Positions 28,766-38,871 of a stretch of 64,000 bases of DNA are shown piece by piece. Under the pieces are notes generated by a model. The model ran no database searches. It was given only the letters and a program-made list of their open reading frames with translations, and was not told where the DNA came from. Positions within the stretch are counted from its first letter, which is position 1. The number at the start of each line of letters is the position of its first letter. A program made the translations under genes and the position numbers. Source of the DNA: a bacterium (GTDB lineage: Bacteria; Oederibacteriota; Muellerivitia; Muellerivitales; Muellerivitaceae); NCBI GenBank assembly GCA_035549195.1, contig DASZRK010000017.1:384177-448176 (forward strand), given 5' to 3'.

Positions 28766-29071
28766 ATGAAAGTCATCGCCGATCTTTGCGTCGTTCCCCT
28801 GGGCGTCGGGGTCTCGGTCTCCGAATACGTGGCCGCCTGCGAGAAGGTCCTCAAGAAAGCCGGGCTCAAGATCCAGCTCCATGCTTACGGCACCAATATC
28901 GAGGGCGAATGGGACAAGGTCTTCGCCGCGGTGAAAAGGTGCCACCAGGAGATCCACCGGATGGGCGCCCCCCGCATCACCACCACCCTCAAGTTCGGCA
29001 CCCGGACCGATAGGTCCCAGACCATGGCCGATAAGGTGAAGAGCGTCCGGGCGAAACTGAAAAAGGGCTGA
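28766..29071 (+). CDS. MTH1187/YkoF-family (UPF0045) small protein
   Basis: Start is ATG at 28766 after AGAGGAGG. The roughly 101-aa protein carries MKVIADLCVVPLG...YVAACEKVL, typical of the ferredoxin-like YkoF/MTH1187 fold family. Confidence 0.6.
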   Translation: MKVIADLCVVPLGVGVSVSEYVAACEKVLKKAGLKIQLHAYGTNIEGEWDKVFAAVKRCHQEIHRMGAPRITTTLKFGTRTDRSQTMADKVKSVRAKLKKG

Positions 29072-29176
29072 AAGCCGGGTCTTTTCCGAAAGCCACCTTC
29101 CCGGGTCTTCTTGCGATAAAATAGCCGCGGGTCAAGCCTCCTTGTCGGGGGGCTTTAGAAGGTCACGAGGTGAGCT

Positions 29177-29638
29177 ATGGGTCAAGGGCGCGGGAAGACC
29201 GCCGGATTCACGCTGGTCGAATTGATGATCGTCGTGGCCGTCATCGGCATCCTGGCCGCCATCGCGATCCCCCGGTTCGGGGAAATGGTCGAAAAGTCCC
29301 GGGAAGGCCAGACCAAGGGGAACCTCAACAGCATCCATTCGGCCATGATGATCTATTACGGGGATCAAAAAGGCATCTGGCCGACCACCTTGAACACCTA
29401 TGTGTCCTTCGCCTTCAGCCAATACCTCGATAACGTGAACCCGGTGAAGGTCACGGGGCATTTCGTCGCCAATGCTATCAACCCGGCGGGAGCGAATGTG
29501 GCCATGACGGCCAACAGCGGTACGCCTATTGGGAGCAGCACAGGATGGCTTTATGACAGCACCAATGGGGGGGTCTACGTGAACAGCACGGTGAAGGATT
29601 CCCGGTATCTCCCTTATTCCTTCTACGGGTTCGAGTAA
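29177..29638 (+). CDS. type IV pilin / pseudopilin (prepilin-type N-terminal methylation domain)
   Basis: The GFTLVELMIVVAVIGILAAIAIP class-III signal is preceded by a short basic leader. Confidence 0.85.
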   Translation: MGQGRGKTAGFTLVELMIVVAVIGILAAIAIPRFGEMVEKSREGQTKGNLNSIHSAMMIYYGDQKGIWPTTLNTYVSFAFSQYLDNVNPVKVTGHFVANAINPAGANVAMTANSGTPIGSSTGWLYDSTNGGVYVNSTVKDSRYLPYSFYGFE

Positions 29639-29646
29639 GGTCCCTC

Positions 29647-31182
29647 CTAGTTGAACAGGACCGAAAGGGTGCCCTGCACCCCGGCTTGGGTGGTGAAATC
29701 ATTGGGGTTCGGGCTGTCGTAGGTCGAGGGCTGACCCATCCAGAAGGCCAAGTCCCACCGGAAGGCTCCCTGCTTGAAGCTCGCTCCCATGGTCAGGGTG
29801 GTGGCCACGATCCGGGTGCCGGGTGGCACCTTGTAATGCACCTTGACGACGTCCTCTCCGCCCCCGTTGTAGTCATCCTCGAAGTTCAATCCTCCCCGCA
29901 GAGCCCAGTGCTCATTCAGCCATTTTTCCCCGCCAAGGCCGAAGGTATAGGCCAGATAGTCCAGGGAATAGCCCGTCCCAGAAACGGGTGCGTAGGAGCC
30001 GGACCGGGTGTCCAAGGCCGCCTGGAACCCCAAGGTGAATTCATCGGCGTTCTCCAGGCCGGCTCCCAGTCCGAATTGGACGTCGGATTCGTCGGTCGTT
30101 TGGACCTCCGCCCCGGCCGGGTCGGTCTGTTTGGCCCGGGCGCTCCCCACTAGGCTGTAAGCTCCCATGTTCAGGGTCAGCTTTTGACGGAGGGACCCGG
30201 GCAGTGGGAACTTTCCTTTGATGCCGCCGAAGACCGCCAGGCTATCGTCCGTCTCCAGGTGATATTCGGCGATGGAAGGGATCAAAAGGCCGCTGCCGGA
30301 ATCCAATTGGTAATCCAACTCGGTGTGGGTCACGCGGGTCAGCAAACAGGCCTGGAAGGAACCCGGGACCATCAGATAAAGATCGGGCCCGAAGTTCAAG
30401 TAAGTGGGGACGCTGATGGTTACGGTGAGGTCCACGGGGGTCCCGCCCGAATTCCCCGTGATCGTTTCCTTCTGTTGGGATGGGGCGATCTGGGTCCCGA
30501 AGAGGCCGCCGATCCGGAGCCGGGAGGGCTCCTTGGACCGGTCCAGAGGGAGGTCCAGCAGCAATCCCGAAGTGGAAACAAGTAGGCTGCTGTCGGCTTG
30601 GCCGTCGGGACCAGGGCCGTAAAGGTTCGTCAGCGATTTTTGGACCTGGGCGGCATCGATCCCGGTGCCCAAGACCAAGGGATCCAGGTCCGCGGCCATG
30701 CGGCCGGTTCCGCGGACCCGGTCCGCAGAGGTGTCATAAGCGCCCGAATCGGTTTGATGGGTGGTGTGGAGCAGGTCGCCGCTCAATTGGACCGCCCGGT
30801 CCTTGGCCGGGAAAAGAAGGAGGCCCTGGTAGGTGAAGGGAGAGGCGCTGTTGGAAAGGAGATTGGAAGCGGGGAAGTTGGAGCCGATATGGGAGAAGGT
30901 ACCGTAAGTCTCGACCTGGGCCGCGGCGTCGGATGCGGGAGTGTCCAAGGAAAGGGCCCCCGAGGCGTCGAACCGGCTTTGAGAAGGAAGCAGGGCCAGG
31001 CCGGCGGGATTCCCCAAATTGAAGGGAGAAAGGTCCGCTGTCTCGTCGTCCAGCACCAGGTTCAAACCGCCCACCGCATTGACCCGGGTCTCCGAGGCAA
31101 AGGTGCGGGGCGGGGAGGCCCCGGCCAGTAGGAAAGTGAGCGCAAAGGAAAGATAGGAAAATTTCCGCATAGGCAGGACCAT
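29647..31182 (-). CDS. outer-membrane beta-barrel protein, unknown family
   Basis: The start is likely ATG at 31182 (MVLPMRKFSYLSFALTFLLAGASPPRTFA signal peptide), preceded by GGAGG with 8-nt spacing. The protein shows an alternating amphipathic strand pattern. The C-terminal ...GTLSVLFN has the usual OMP terminal aromatic. Confidence 0.6.
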   Translation of the reverse strand: MVLPMRKFSYLSFALTFLLAGASPPRTFASETRVNAVGGLNLVLDDETADLSPFNLGNPAGLALLPSQSRFDASGALSLDTPASDAAAQVETYGTFSHIGSNFPASNLLSNSASPFTYQGLLLFPAKDRAVQLSGDLLHTTHQTDSGAYDTSADRVRGTGRMAADLDPLVLGTGIDAAQVQKSLTNLYGPGPDGQADSSLLVSTSGLLLDLPLDRSKEPSRLRIGGLFGTQIAPSQQKETITGNSGGTPVDLTVTISVPTYLNFGPDLYLMVPGSFQACLLTRVTHTELDYQLDSGSGLLIPSIAEYHLETDDSLAVFGGIKGKFPLPGSLRQKLTLNMGAYSLVGSARAKQTDPAGAEVQTTDESDVQFGLGAGLENADEFTLGFQAALDTRSGSYAPVSGTGYSLDYLAYTFGLGGEKWLNEHWALRGGLNFEDDYNGGGEDVVKVHYKVPPGTRIVATTLTMGASFKQGAFRWDLAFWMGQPSTYDSPNPNDFTTQAGVQGTLSVLFN

Positions 31183-31578
31183 TATAGGAGCCTCCCAAGC
31201 CGACCCTATTCCAAAAGGATGCCGGGACGGTCGATCGGCCGCTTCTAGAAAAGCATCCGGTCCTCCCCGGGATTTTGACCGGCCGGACACCCAAAATCGT
31301 TCACCCGACTTTTTCGTAGTGGCATTTCACGTTTTAACCCCCCACCGATAGTGGGGTCGGTCCTGGAAAATTCCGGCGTTGTCATCCTCCGTTTTTTGCG
31401 CCGAGCAATATGATTTTTAGCATTGAACCGGTGCAAAGGGGTTGCGATGGTGCGGACGGAAACGGTATCATGCTCGGCCTGAACCGCTCCTTTTGTTGTC
31501 TTCCTAAATAGTCCCCGGCTTTTCGGCCCAATGGCGGTTCGTTTCGATTCATAAATCTTAGAAGGAGGATGTTTTTCA

Positions 31579-33402
31579 ATGGAAAATGAAATCATGGTAG
31601 GGATCGGCGGCGCGGCCGGTGATGGCGGCGCTTCCACTGCGGACAACTTGGCCCTGACCAGCGCCCGCCAAGGTCTCCATGTCTACGTCTACACCAGCTA
31701 TCAATCCCTGATCCGCGGCGGGCATTCCTGGATCCGCCTGCGCATCTCGACCAAGAAAATCAACAATCTGAACGACCAGGTCAGCGCCATGATCGCCCTG
31801 AACCAGGATTCCATGGACCGCCACCTGCAGGAACTGGCTCCCGGCGGCATCTGCATCTACAACGGCGATAAGGTGAAGCCCGGCAAAGCCCCCGAGGGCG
31901 TGCAACTCTGCCCCCTCCCGGTCTTCGATCTGGCGGGCAAGGACGCCCTCCCCATCATGCAGAACACCGTCGCCCTCGGCGCTCTGACCGGTCTCCTGGG
32001 CCTCGAATTCGAATCCCTTGCCTCCGTCTTCGAACACACCTTCAAGAAGAAGCCCCAAGTGGTCAAGGCCAATGTGGACGCGGCCAAGGCCGGCTACGAT
32101 TTCGCGGTGAAGACCTATAAGAAGATCGCCAAGCCGCTGGGCAAGACCGACGCCAAGCTGGCCATGGTCCACGGCAACAACATGATCGCGCTGGGCGCGG
32201 CCAACGCGGGCCTTAAGGTCTATTGCGCCTATCCTATGAGCCCGGCCTCGGGCGTGCTGCACTGGATGGGGGCCCACGGGCCTTCGCTCGGCATCTGCGT
32301 GCGCCAGGTCGAGGATGAGATCGGCGTGGCCAACATGACCATCGGCGCGGCCCAGATGGGCGTTCGCGCGATGTGCGCCACCTCCGGCGGCGGGTTCGCC
32401 CTGATGACCGAAGCCATCGGCATGGCCTCCATCATGGAGATCCCCTTGGTGATGATCAACGTCATGCGCGGCGGGCCCTCGACGGGCTTGCCGACCAAGC
32501 AGGAGCAAGGCGACCTGAACCAGGCCATCGGCGCTTCCCAAGGCGATTTCCAGCGCATCATCATGGCCCCCACCTCCATTGGGGACTGCTACACCAGCAT
32601 GGAAGAGGCCTTCAACCTGGCCGAGAAATTCCAGATGCCGGTGCTCTACCTCTCCGACCTCCTGATGAGCGAAGGCCACATGACTCTGGAGACGTCCTTC
32701 CTGGACCGCGAGTTCAAGATCGACCGCGGTGAGATGATCTTCGAGGACGACGGCAAGGGAAAAGATTACTTCCGTTATAAGGACACCCCTTCGGGCGTGT
32801 CCCCCCGGGCGATCCCCGGCATTCCCAACCACCTTTACGTCTCCGCCACCGATGAGCATGACGACGACGGTGTGACCATCTCCGATGTCTACACCGATCC
32901 GGTCACCCGCAAGCGCGTGGTCGACAAGCGCGAACGCAAGATGGCGGGTGTTCTGGCCGCCTTGCCCAAGCCCAAACTGGAAGGCCCCGCCGATGCGGAC
33001 ACCACCATTGTGACCTACGGCTCCACCTGGGGCGTGGTGAACGAGGCGGTCGAGCGCCTGAACAAGGAAGGGATCAAGTGCAACCACCTTTCCATCAAGT
33101 TCCTGGTGCCCTTCCAAGAGAAGGAAGTCACCGAGCTCTTGAAGGGCAAGAAGAACATCATCGTTGTCGAGATGAACAAGGGCGGGCAATTCGCCCGGCA
33201 CCTGCGGGCCGAGACGGGTATCACCGCCACCGGCAAGGTCCTGAAGTACGACGGCGAACCCTACGAGCCGAAGCACGTGGTCGCCGGCATCAAGGAATGC
33301 CTGAAGGGCAAGAAGGTCGTCGAGGCCGAGTCCTTGGAGCCTGGATGGCGCACGCCGCACCCGCCGGGTCCCGGCGTTCTTTCCACTTCGTCCGCTCACT
33401 GA
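31579..33402 (+). CDS. korA: 2-oxoglutarate/2-oxoacid:ferredoxin oxidoreductase subunit alpha
   Basis: The 607-aa protein has the N-terminal KorA/PorA-type domain arrangement (GIGGAAGDGGAS..., YPMSPASGVL..., MTEAIGMA...). Confidence 0.85.
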   Translation: MENEIMVGIGGAAGDGGASTADNLALTSARQGLHVYVYTSYQSLIRGGHSWIRLRISTKKINNLNDQVSAMIALNQDSMDRHLQELAPGGICIYNGDKVKPGKAPEGVQLCPLPVFDLAGKDALPIMQNTVALGALTGLLGLEFESLASVFEHTFKKKPQVVKANVDAAKAGYDFAVKTYKKIAKPLGKTDAKLAMVHGNNMIALGAANAGLKVYCAYPMSPASGVLHWMGAHGPSLGICVRQVEDEIGVANMTIGAAQMGVRAMCATSGGGFALMTEAIGMASIMEIPLVMINVMRGGPSTGLPTKQEQGDLNQAIGASQGDFQRIIMAPTSIGDCYTSMEEAFNLAEKFQMPVLYLSDLLMSEGHMTLETSFLDREFKIDRGEMIFEDDGKGKDYFRYKDTPSGVSPRAIPGIPNHLYVSATDEHDDDGVTISDVYTDPVTRKRVVDKRERKMAGVLAALPKPKLEGPADADTTIVTYGSTWGVVNEAVERLNKEGIKCNHLSIKFLVPFQEKEVTELLKGKKNIIVVEMNKGGQFARHLRAETGITATGKVLKYDGEPYEPKHVVAGIKECLKGKKVVEAESLEPGWRTPHPPGPGVLSTSSAH

Positions 33403-33445
33403 TCGATCAACCCAAGCCCCTAGGGGCCAACCTGAGGAGGAAAAT

Positions 33446-34339
33446 ATGTCGACAGCGGTAGCCACCCCCCGAGATGCGAAACTCTATAAGCCGGAAGTCC
33501 CGCCCGATTGGTGTCCGGGTTGCGGGGACTACGGAGTCCTAACGGTGTTGCAGCGCGCTTGCGGCGAGTTGGGCATCCCCAACGAACGCTTGATGGTGGT
33601 CTCCGGCATCGGGTGTTCCTCCAACCTGCCCGGGTTCTTCAAGTCCTACGGTATGCACTCCCTGCATGGGCGTTCGCTGCCGGTGGCCACGGGAACCAAG
33701 ATGGCCAACCACGAGATGACCGTCATCGCCTGCGGCGGCGACGGCGACGGCTATGGGATCGGCCAAGGGCACTTCATCCACGCCATGCGCCGTAACGTGA
33801 ACCTGACCTATATCGTGATGGACAACGAGATCTACGGGTTGACCACCGGACAGACCTCGCCGACCTCCGAGACCGGCATGAAGACCAAGTCGACCCCCCA
33901 CGGCAATCCCGAGGGGCAGTTGAACCCGATCGCCCTGGCGCTGGCCGCCGGCTGCGGGTTCGTGGCGCGCGGGTTCTCCGGCGACATCAACCACTTGAAG
34001 AGCCTCTACACCCAGGCCATCCAGTATCCGGGCTTCGCCTTGATCGACGTGTTCTCGCCTTGCGTTACCTTCAACAAGCAGAACACCTTCGGCTGGTTCA
34101 AGGAACGCGTGTACAAGCTGGAGGACAAAGGCCATAACGCCACCGATTGGAACTCCGCCATGGAGCGCTCCAAGGAGTGGGGCGCCCAGATCCCCATCGG
34201 GCTCTTCTACAAGAACCCGAATCCCAAGCCTTCCATTGACGCGGCGGACCCGGCCCTTCAGGGCAAGGGTTTGGCCACGATCCAGAAGCTGGGTTTGAGC
34301 GCCGACGTGCGCAAGAAGTTGATCGAAGAGTACGTTTAA
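33446..34339 (+). CDS. korB: 2-oxoglutarate/2-oxoacid:ferredoxin oxidoreductase subunit beta (TPP-binding)
   Basis: WCPGCGDYG, the GIGCSSNLPGF motif, and the TPP-binding GDGDGYGIGQGHFIHAMRRNVNLTYIVMDNEIYGLTTGQ block are present. Confidence 0.88.
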   Translation: MSTAVATPRDAKLYKPEVPPDWCPGCGDYGVLTVLQRACGELGIPNERLMVVSGIGCSSNLPGFFKSYGMHSLHGRSLPVATGTKMANHEMTVIACGGDGDGYGIGQGHFIHAMRRNVNLTYIVMDNEIYGLTTGQTSPTSETGMKTKSTPHGNPEGQLNPIALALAAGCGFVARGFSGDINHLKSLYTQAIQYPGFALIDVFSPCVTFNKQNTFGWFKERVYKLEDKGHNATDWNSAMERSKEWGAQIPIGLFYKNPNPKPSIDAADPALQGKGLATIQKLGLSADVRKKLIEEYV

Positions 34340-34362
34340 GAAAAAAGTTTAAACGCGACAAC

Positions 34363-34402
34363 AAAGCCCTTCTTCCGGCCGGAAGAAGGGCTTTTCTTTT
34401 TT
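34363..34402 (+). terminator. intrinsic terminator after korAB
   Basis: A perfect 16-bp palindrome AAAGCCCTTCTTCCGG|CCGGAAGAAGGGCTTT is followed by TCTTTTTTGG. Confidence 0.85.
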
Positions 34403-34457
34403 GGTGATGCGTGGGTAAAATGCCTCCCGTTCCAGTTCGGGCTTCCTGAGGGAAACT

Positions 34458-34901
34458 TTGCCACACACCATTTTGCAAAATTGCATCGGATGCACCCTCT
34501 GCGAGGTCAAGTGCCCCACGGAAGCCATTGCGGGCGTTAAGAAGTCCATGTTCCACATTGATCCGGACCTTTGCATCGATTGCGGGGTCTGCGGCATCCA
34601 TTGTCCCGTCGAGGCCATCGTGGACGCCGTCGGGGTCGTGGTCCCGAAGATCAAGCCCCTCGCCATCCCCAAGGCGAAGGTGGAGGCCGACCTTTGCACG
34701 GCCTGCGAGTTTTGTGTCGATATCTGTCCCTTCGATTGCATCTCCATGCAACCCCGCACCGATCATCCCGAATTCTTCAAGATCGCGGTGGTGGACGAGA
34801 AAAAATGCGTCAGCTGCAAGCTCTGCGAGACGGTCTGCATCAAGGGAAGCATCACGGTGGAGAGACCCGCGGAGTTGATGAGCTACCAGCCGAACCGCTG
34901 A
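34458..34901 (+). CDS. ferredoxin with four [4Fe-4S] CxxCxxCxxxCP motifs
   Basis: TTG start. CIGCTLCEVKCP, CIDCGVCGIHCP, CTACEFCVDICP and CVSCKLCETVC motifs are present. Confidence 0.8.
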   Translation: MPHTILQNCIGCTLCEVKCPTEAIAGVKKSMFHIDPDLCIDCGVCGIHCPVEAIVDAVGVVVPKIKPLAIPKAKVEADLCTACEFCVDICPFDCISMQPRTDHPEFFKIAVVDEKKCVSCKLCETVCIKGSITVERPAELMSYQPNR

Positions 34902-34930
34902 ACCAGGCCGATCCAAGCCTTACCCCCAGG

Positions 34931-34960
34931 AAACGGACCGTCGGTCCGTTTTCTTTTTTT
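34931..34960 (+). terminator. intrinsic terminator after the ferredoxin gene
   Basis: AAACGGACC-gtc-GGTCCGTTT is followed by TCTTTTTTT. Confidence 0.8.
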
Positions 34961-35063
34961 GTTCCCAAGGGTTTTATGCGGGAAGTCATAGAGGTCACGG
35001 TCCGTCCCGTCTAAAGTCTCCACCCGCGAGGGCCCAATCGTTTCGACCCACTAGGAGGTCGCC

Positions 35064-36053
35064 ATGTCGGAAGAGATATTCGATGTCATCATCATCGGAG
35101 GGGGGCCCGCCGGCATGTTCGGCGGTTTCTATGCCGGCTTGCGCGGCATGAAGTTCAAGATCGTGGATTCCCTCGAGCAGCTGGGCGGACAGGTCTCCGC
35201 CATGTATCCCGAGAAGGACATCTTCGACGTGGCGGGATTCCCCCGGGTGTCCGGCAAGAAACTGGTGCAGGACCTGGAAGAACAATTGATGCGTTTCCGC
35301 CCCCCCTTGGGCCTGGGCGAGAAGATCACCGGGCTCAAGAAGCGTGAGGACAAGATCTTCGAGCTCACGACCGACAAGGGCACCCAACACCACGCCAAGG
35401 CGGTGGTCCTCACCCTGGGCATGGGGTCCTTCACCCCCAAGAAGCATCCGAACCCGGAGTTGGTTCCCTATGAGGGCAAAGGCGTCCAATACGGCGTCCT
35501 TTCCCTGGAACCTTTCAAGGGCAAGCGGGCCGTGGTGGTGGGCGGCGGCGATTCGGCACTGGACTGGGCCTTGATGCTGGAGCCCATCTGCTCCAAGGTC
35601 ACCCTGATCCACCGTCGCGACGAGTTCCGCGCCCACGAGGAATCGGTGCGGAAGCTCAAGGCCTCCAAGGTCGATATCAAGCTCTGGTACGAGCTTCGCA
35701 CGGTTAAGGGCAACGGCAAGGTCGAAGAGGCCGTGATCTACGAGAACCACACGAACCAGGACGAATCCTTGCCGGTCGATTTCGTCATCCTCAATTTCGG
35801 TTTCCAGGCCTCCCTGGGGTTCCTCAAGGACTGGGGCATCCAGATGGAGAAGAACAAGATCCCCGTGAACCAGAAGATGGAGACCAACATCCCGGGCATT
35901 TACGCGGCGGGGGACATCGTGACCCATCCGGGCAAGTTGGACCTCATCGCCACCGGCTTCGCCGAGGGAGCAACCGCGGTCAATTTCGCCAAGACCTACA
36001 TCAATCCCAACGAAAAGGCCGAGCCGGGTCACAGCTCCAACCTGAAGTGGTAG
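35064..36053 (+). CDS. ferredoxin-NADP+ reductase, thioredoxin-reductase-like type (FNR type 2)
   Basis: FDVIIIGGGPAGMFGGFYAG is the FAD site and GGGDSALDWAL is the NAD(P) site. The 329-aa protein resembles YumC-type FNRs. Confidence 0.8.
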   Translation: MSEEIFDVIIIGGGPAGMFGGFYAGLRGMKFKIVDSLEQLGGQVSAMYPEKDIFDVAGFPRVSGKKLVQDLEEQLMRFRPPLGLGEKITGLKKREDKIFELTTDKGTQHHAKAVVLTLGMGSFTPKKHPNPELVPYEGKGVQYGVLSLEPFKGKRAVVVGGGDSALDWALMLEPICSKVTLIHRRDEFRAHEESVRKLKASKVDIKLWYELRTVKGNGKVEEAVIYENHTNQDESLPVDFVILNFGFQASLGFLKDWGIQMEKNKIPVNQKMETNIPGIYAAGDIVTHPGKLDLIATGFAEGATAVNFAKTYINPNEKAEPGHSSNLKW

Positions 36054-36148
36054 GAGCGGTTCGGCGTCAATAAATTGGGATATTTTTGACCTCCCGAAAA
36101 AATCTGTCCTTTTATAGGCTGTTGTGAAATCGGTCCAAGGAGTCGTCC

Positions 36149-36970
36149 ATGTCCGTCGATGTCCGCACTAAACGTGGGTTCCTCTACACCCTCAGGAAGG
36201 ATCCCTGGTGGCTGGAACCCCTCTTCTATCAGTGTCTCTTCGGCGGGTTCACGATCTACGCCACCTGGGCCGCCTTGAACCCTTATGGGGCCGATGGAAA
36301 ACATCTCTACGAATGGGGGCCCTACCTTTCCCCCATGTTCTCGCCCTTCTTCAACCCTGCCTGGCTCCACCGGCTGCCGGCCTGGCTGGCCACTCCGGCC
36401 CTCCTGGTCCTTTGGGCCCCCGCGGGCTTCCGGGGCACCTGTTACTACTACCGTAAGGCCTATTACCGCTCCATCTTCATGGACCCGCCGGGCTGCGCCG
36501 TCGGGGAACCCTGCGTGAAATACGGGGGCGAGACTCGCTTCTTCCTTTTCCAGAACCTCCACCGTTATTTTTTCTATGTCGCCTTGATCTTCATCTTCAT
36601 CCTGACCGGGGACGCCATCCTGGCCATGATCTGGCCCACCCTGGGGGTGAACCCGATCACGAACGAATCCCTGCCCGGGCCCCACCAATTCGGTTTCGGG
36701 GTGGGAACGATCGTCATGTGCCTGAACGCCTACCTGCTGGGGGGCTATACCCTCGGCTGTCACGCCTTCCGGCATCTGGTGGGCGGCGGGCTCGATTTCC
36801 TCGGCGTGAAGAAGAACCACCCGGTGCGGTTCCTCCTCTGGCGCGTGGTGACCAAGTTGAACGAGCGCCATATGCAGTGGGCCCTGGTCTCCATGATCTG
36901 GGTGGGTTTCACCGACCTTTACATCCGCCTGTGCGCGATGGGCGTCTGGCACGACTACAGGATCTTCTAA
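36149..36970 (+). CDS. frdC: succinate dehydrogenase/fumarate reductase membrane anchor (cytochrome b-type, frdCAB gene order)
   Basis: The 273-aa polytopic membrane protein lies immediately upstream of the flavoprotein and Fe-S subunits, as in C-A-B type B enzymes. Confidence 0.55.
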   Translation: MSVDVRTKRGFLYTLRKDPWWLEPLFYQCLFGGFTIYATWAALNPYGADGKHLYEWGPYLSPMFSPFFNPAWLHRLPAWLATPALLVLWAPAGFRGTCYYYRKAYYRSIFMDPPGCAVGEPCVKYGGETRFFLFQNLHRYFFYVALIFIFILTGDAILAMIWPTLGVNPITNESLPGPHQFGFGVGTIVMCLNAYLLGGYTLGCHAFRHLVGGGLDFLGVKKNHPVRFLLWRVVTKLNERHMQWALVSMIWVGFTDLYIRLCAMGVWHDYRIF

Positions 36971-36992
36971 AAGAACGGAGCGGAGCGGGACC

Positions 36993-38870
36993 ATGAGCGA
37001 CAACTATCAATCCTTTGATTACGACGTGCTGGTCATTGGGGCCGGCGGCGCGGGCCTCCGGGCCGCCATCGAGGCGTCGGCGGCGGGCTGCAAGACCGGG
37101 TTGGTCTGCAAGTCCCTCCTGGGCAAGGCCCATACGGTCATGGCCGAAGGCGGCATCGCGGCGGCTTTGGCCACGGTGGACCCTCGCGATTCCTGGCAAC
37201 AGCACTTCACGGACACCATGATCGGCGGGAACCTGGGCAACCATTGGCGTATGGCCCAGATCCACGCCCAACAGGCCCCGGACCGCGTCCGGGAACTGGA
37301 GAAGTGGGGCGCGGTGTTCGACCGTACCACCGACGGCAAGGGCAACATGAACGTCCGTCATTTCGGCGGGCACACCTATAAGCGCCTGGCCCACGTGGGC
37401 GACCGCACGGGACTTGAGCTCATCCGCACCCTGCAGGACAAGGGTGTGCACTCGGGCATCGACGTGCACATGGAATGCACCATTTATTCCCTCGTCAAGG
37501 ACGGCGAGAGGATCGCCGGGGCCTTCGGCTATTTCCGCGAGACGGGCCGCCCGGTCCTCTTCCGCGCCAAATCGGTCATCCTGGCCACCGGCGGCATCGG
37601 GAAGATCTATTTCGTCAATTCCAACTCCTGGGAATGCACCGCCGACGGGTTCGCGCTCGGCTACCTGGCGGGGGCGGAATTGGCCGACATGGAGTATATC
37701 CAGTTCCACCCGACGGGCATGTGCTGGCCCCCTTCGGTACGGGGCATCCTCATCACCGAGGGCGTGCGGGGCGAGGGCGGCGTGCTCAAGAACAACAAGG
37801 GCGAGCGCTTCATGTTCAAGTACATCCCCCCCAAGTACCAGGGCAAGTACGCCGACACGGAGGCGGAGGCCGACGCCTGGTTCCAAAAGGTCGTGGTGGA
37901 GGGACAGAAAGAGGAAGGGGTCAAGGAACGCAAGCCCCCCGAGCTCATGAGCCGCGATGTGGTGGCCCGAGCCCTTTGGACCGAGATCAAGGAAGGCCGG
38001 GGCGGGGAACACGGCGGGGTTTTCCTGGACATCGCCTCCCGCCGCACGCCCGAGGACATCAAGAAGAAGCTTCCCTCCATGTACCATCAGTTCAAACAGC
38101 TGGCCGATGTGGATATCACCAAGGTCCCCATGGAGATCGCCCCGACCTGCCATTACATGATGGGGGGGCTCAAGGTGGACCCGGACACCCAGGCCACCAA
38201 TGTGCCGGGGCTCTTCGCCAGCGGCGAATGCGCCGCCGGCATGCACGGCTCCAACCGGCTGGGCGGTAACTCCCTCTCCGACCTAGTGGTCTTCGGCAAA
38301 CTGGCCGGGGAGCACGCGGCGGCCTATGCCAAGAAACTGAAGGACCTGCCCAAGGTGGACGAGTCCCAGCTTTCGGCCTTGAACAAAGAAATGAACAAAC
38401 CTTTTGATAATCCCCAGGGCGGTGAGGTGTCCTACAAGATCCTGGCCGACCTCCAGCACACGATGGAAAAGGGGGCCGGGATGTACCGGGAGGAAGGCCT
38501 GCTCGAGCAGTGCCTGAAGGACCTGGAAGGCCTCAAGGCCCGCTTAGACAAGGTCTCCGCCGAGGGGAACCGGATGTTCAACCCCGGTTGGCACGTGGCG
38601 TTGGACCTTCGCAACATGCTGGCAGTGGCCGAGGCCATCACCCGGGCAGCGAAGGAACGCAAGGAGTCCCGCGGGGGCCATACCCGCACGGATTACACCG
38701 GTTATTCCAAGGATTTCGCCAAGAAACGGGTCCTGGTCCGGCAGAAGGGCGGCAAGATGGAGGTGGTCCAGGAGGACCTGCCCCAGATGCCCGCCGAACT
38801 GGAAAAGGAACTGGTGGATGGGCATTTCTTCAAACCCGAGATCCTCAAGCAACTCCGCGGGGAGGGCTGA
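36993..38870 (+). CDS. frdA: succinate dehydrogenase/fumarate reductase flavoprotein subunit
   Basis: DVLVIGAGGAGLRAAIEA is the FAD motif. The active-site region HPTGM, RGEGG and the capping domain are present in a 625-aa protein. Confidence 0.9.
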   Translation: MSDNYQSFDYDVLVIGAGGAGLRAAIEASAAGCKTGLVCKSLLGKAHTVMAEGGIAAALATVDPRDSWQQHFTDTMIGGNLGNHWRMAQIHAQQAPDRVRELEKWGAVFDRTTDGKGNMNVRHFGGHTYKRLAHVGDRTGLELIRTLQDKGVHSGIDVHMECTIYSLVKDGERIAGAFGYFRETGRPVLFRAKSVILATGGIGKIYFVNSNSWECTADGFALGYLAGAELADMEYIQFHPTGMCWPPSVRGILITEGVRGEGGVLKNNKGERFMFKYIPPKYQGKYADTEAEADAWFQKVVVEGQKEEGVKERKPPELMSRDVVARALWTEIKEGRGGEHGGVFLDIASRRTPEDIKKKLPSMYHQFKQLADVDITKVPMEIAPTCHYMMGGLKVDPDTQATNVPGLFASGECAAGMHGSNRLGGNSLSDLVVFGKLAGEHAAAYAKKLKDLPKVDESQLSALNKEMNKPFDNPQGGEVSYKILADLQHTMEKGAGMYREEGLLEQCLKDLEGLKARLDKVSAEGNRMFNPGWHVALDLRNMLAVAEAITRAAKERKESRGGHTRTDYTGYSKDFAKKRVLVRQKGGKMEVVQEDLPQMPAELEKELVDGHFFKPEILKQLRGEG

Positions 38871-38871
38871 C

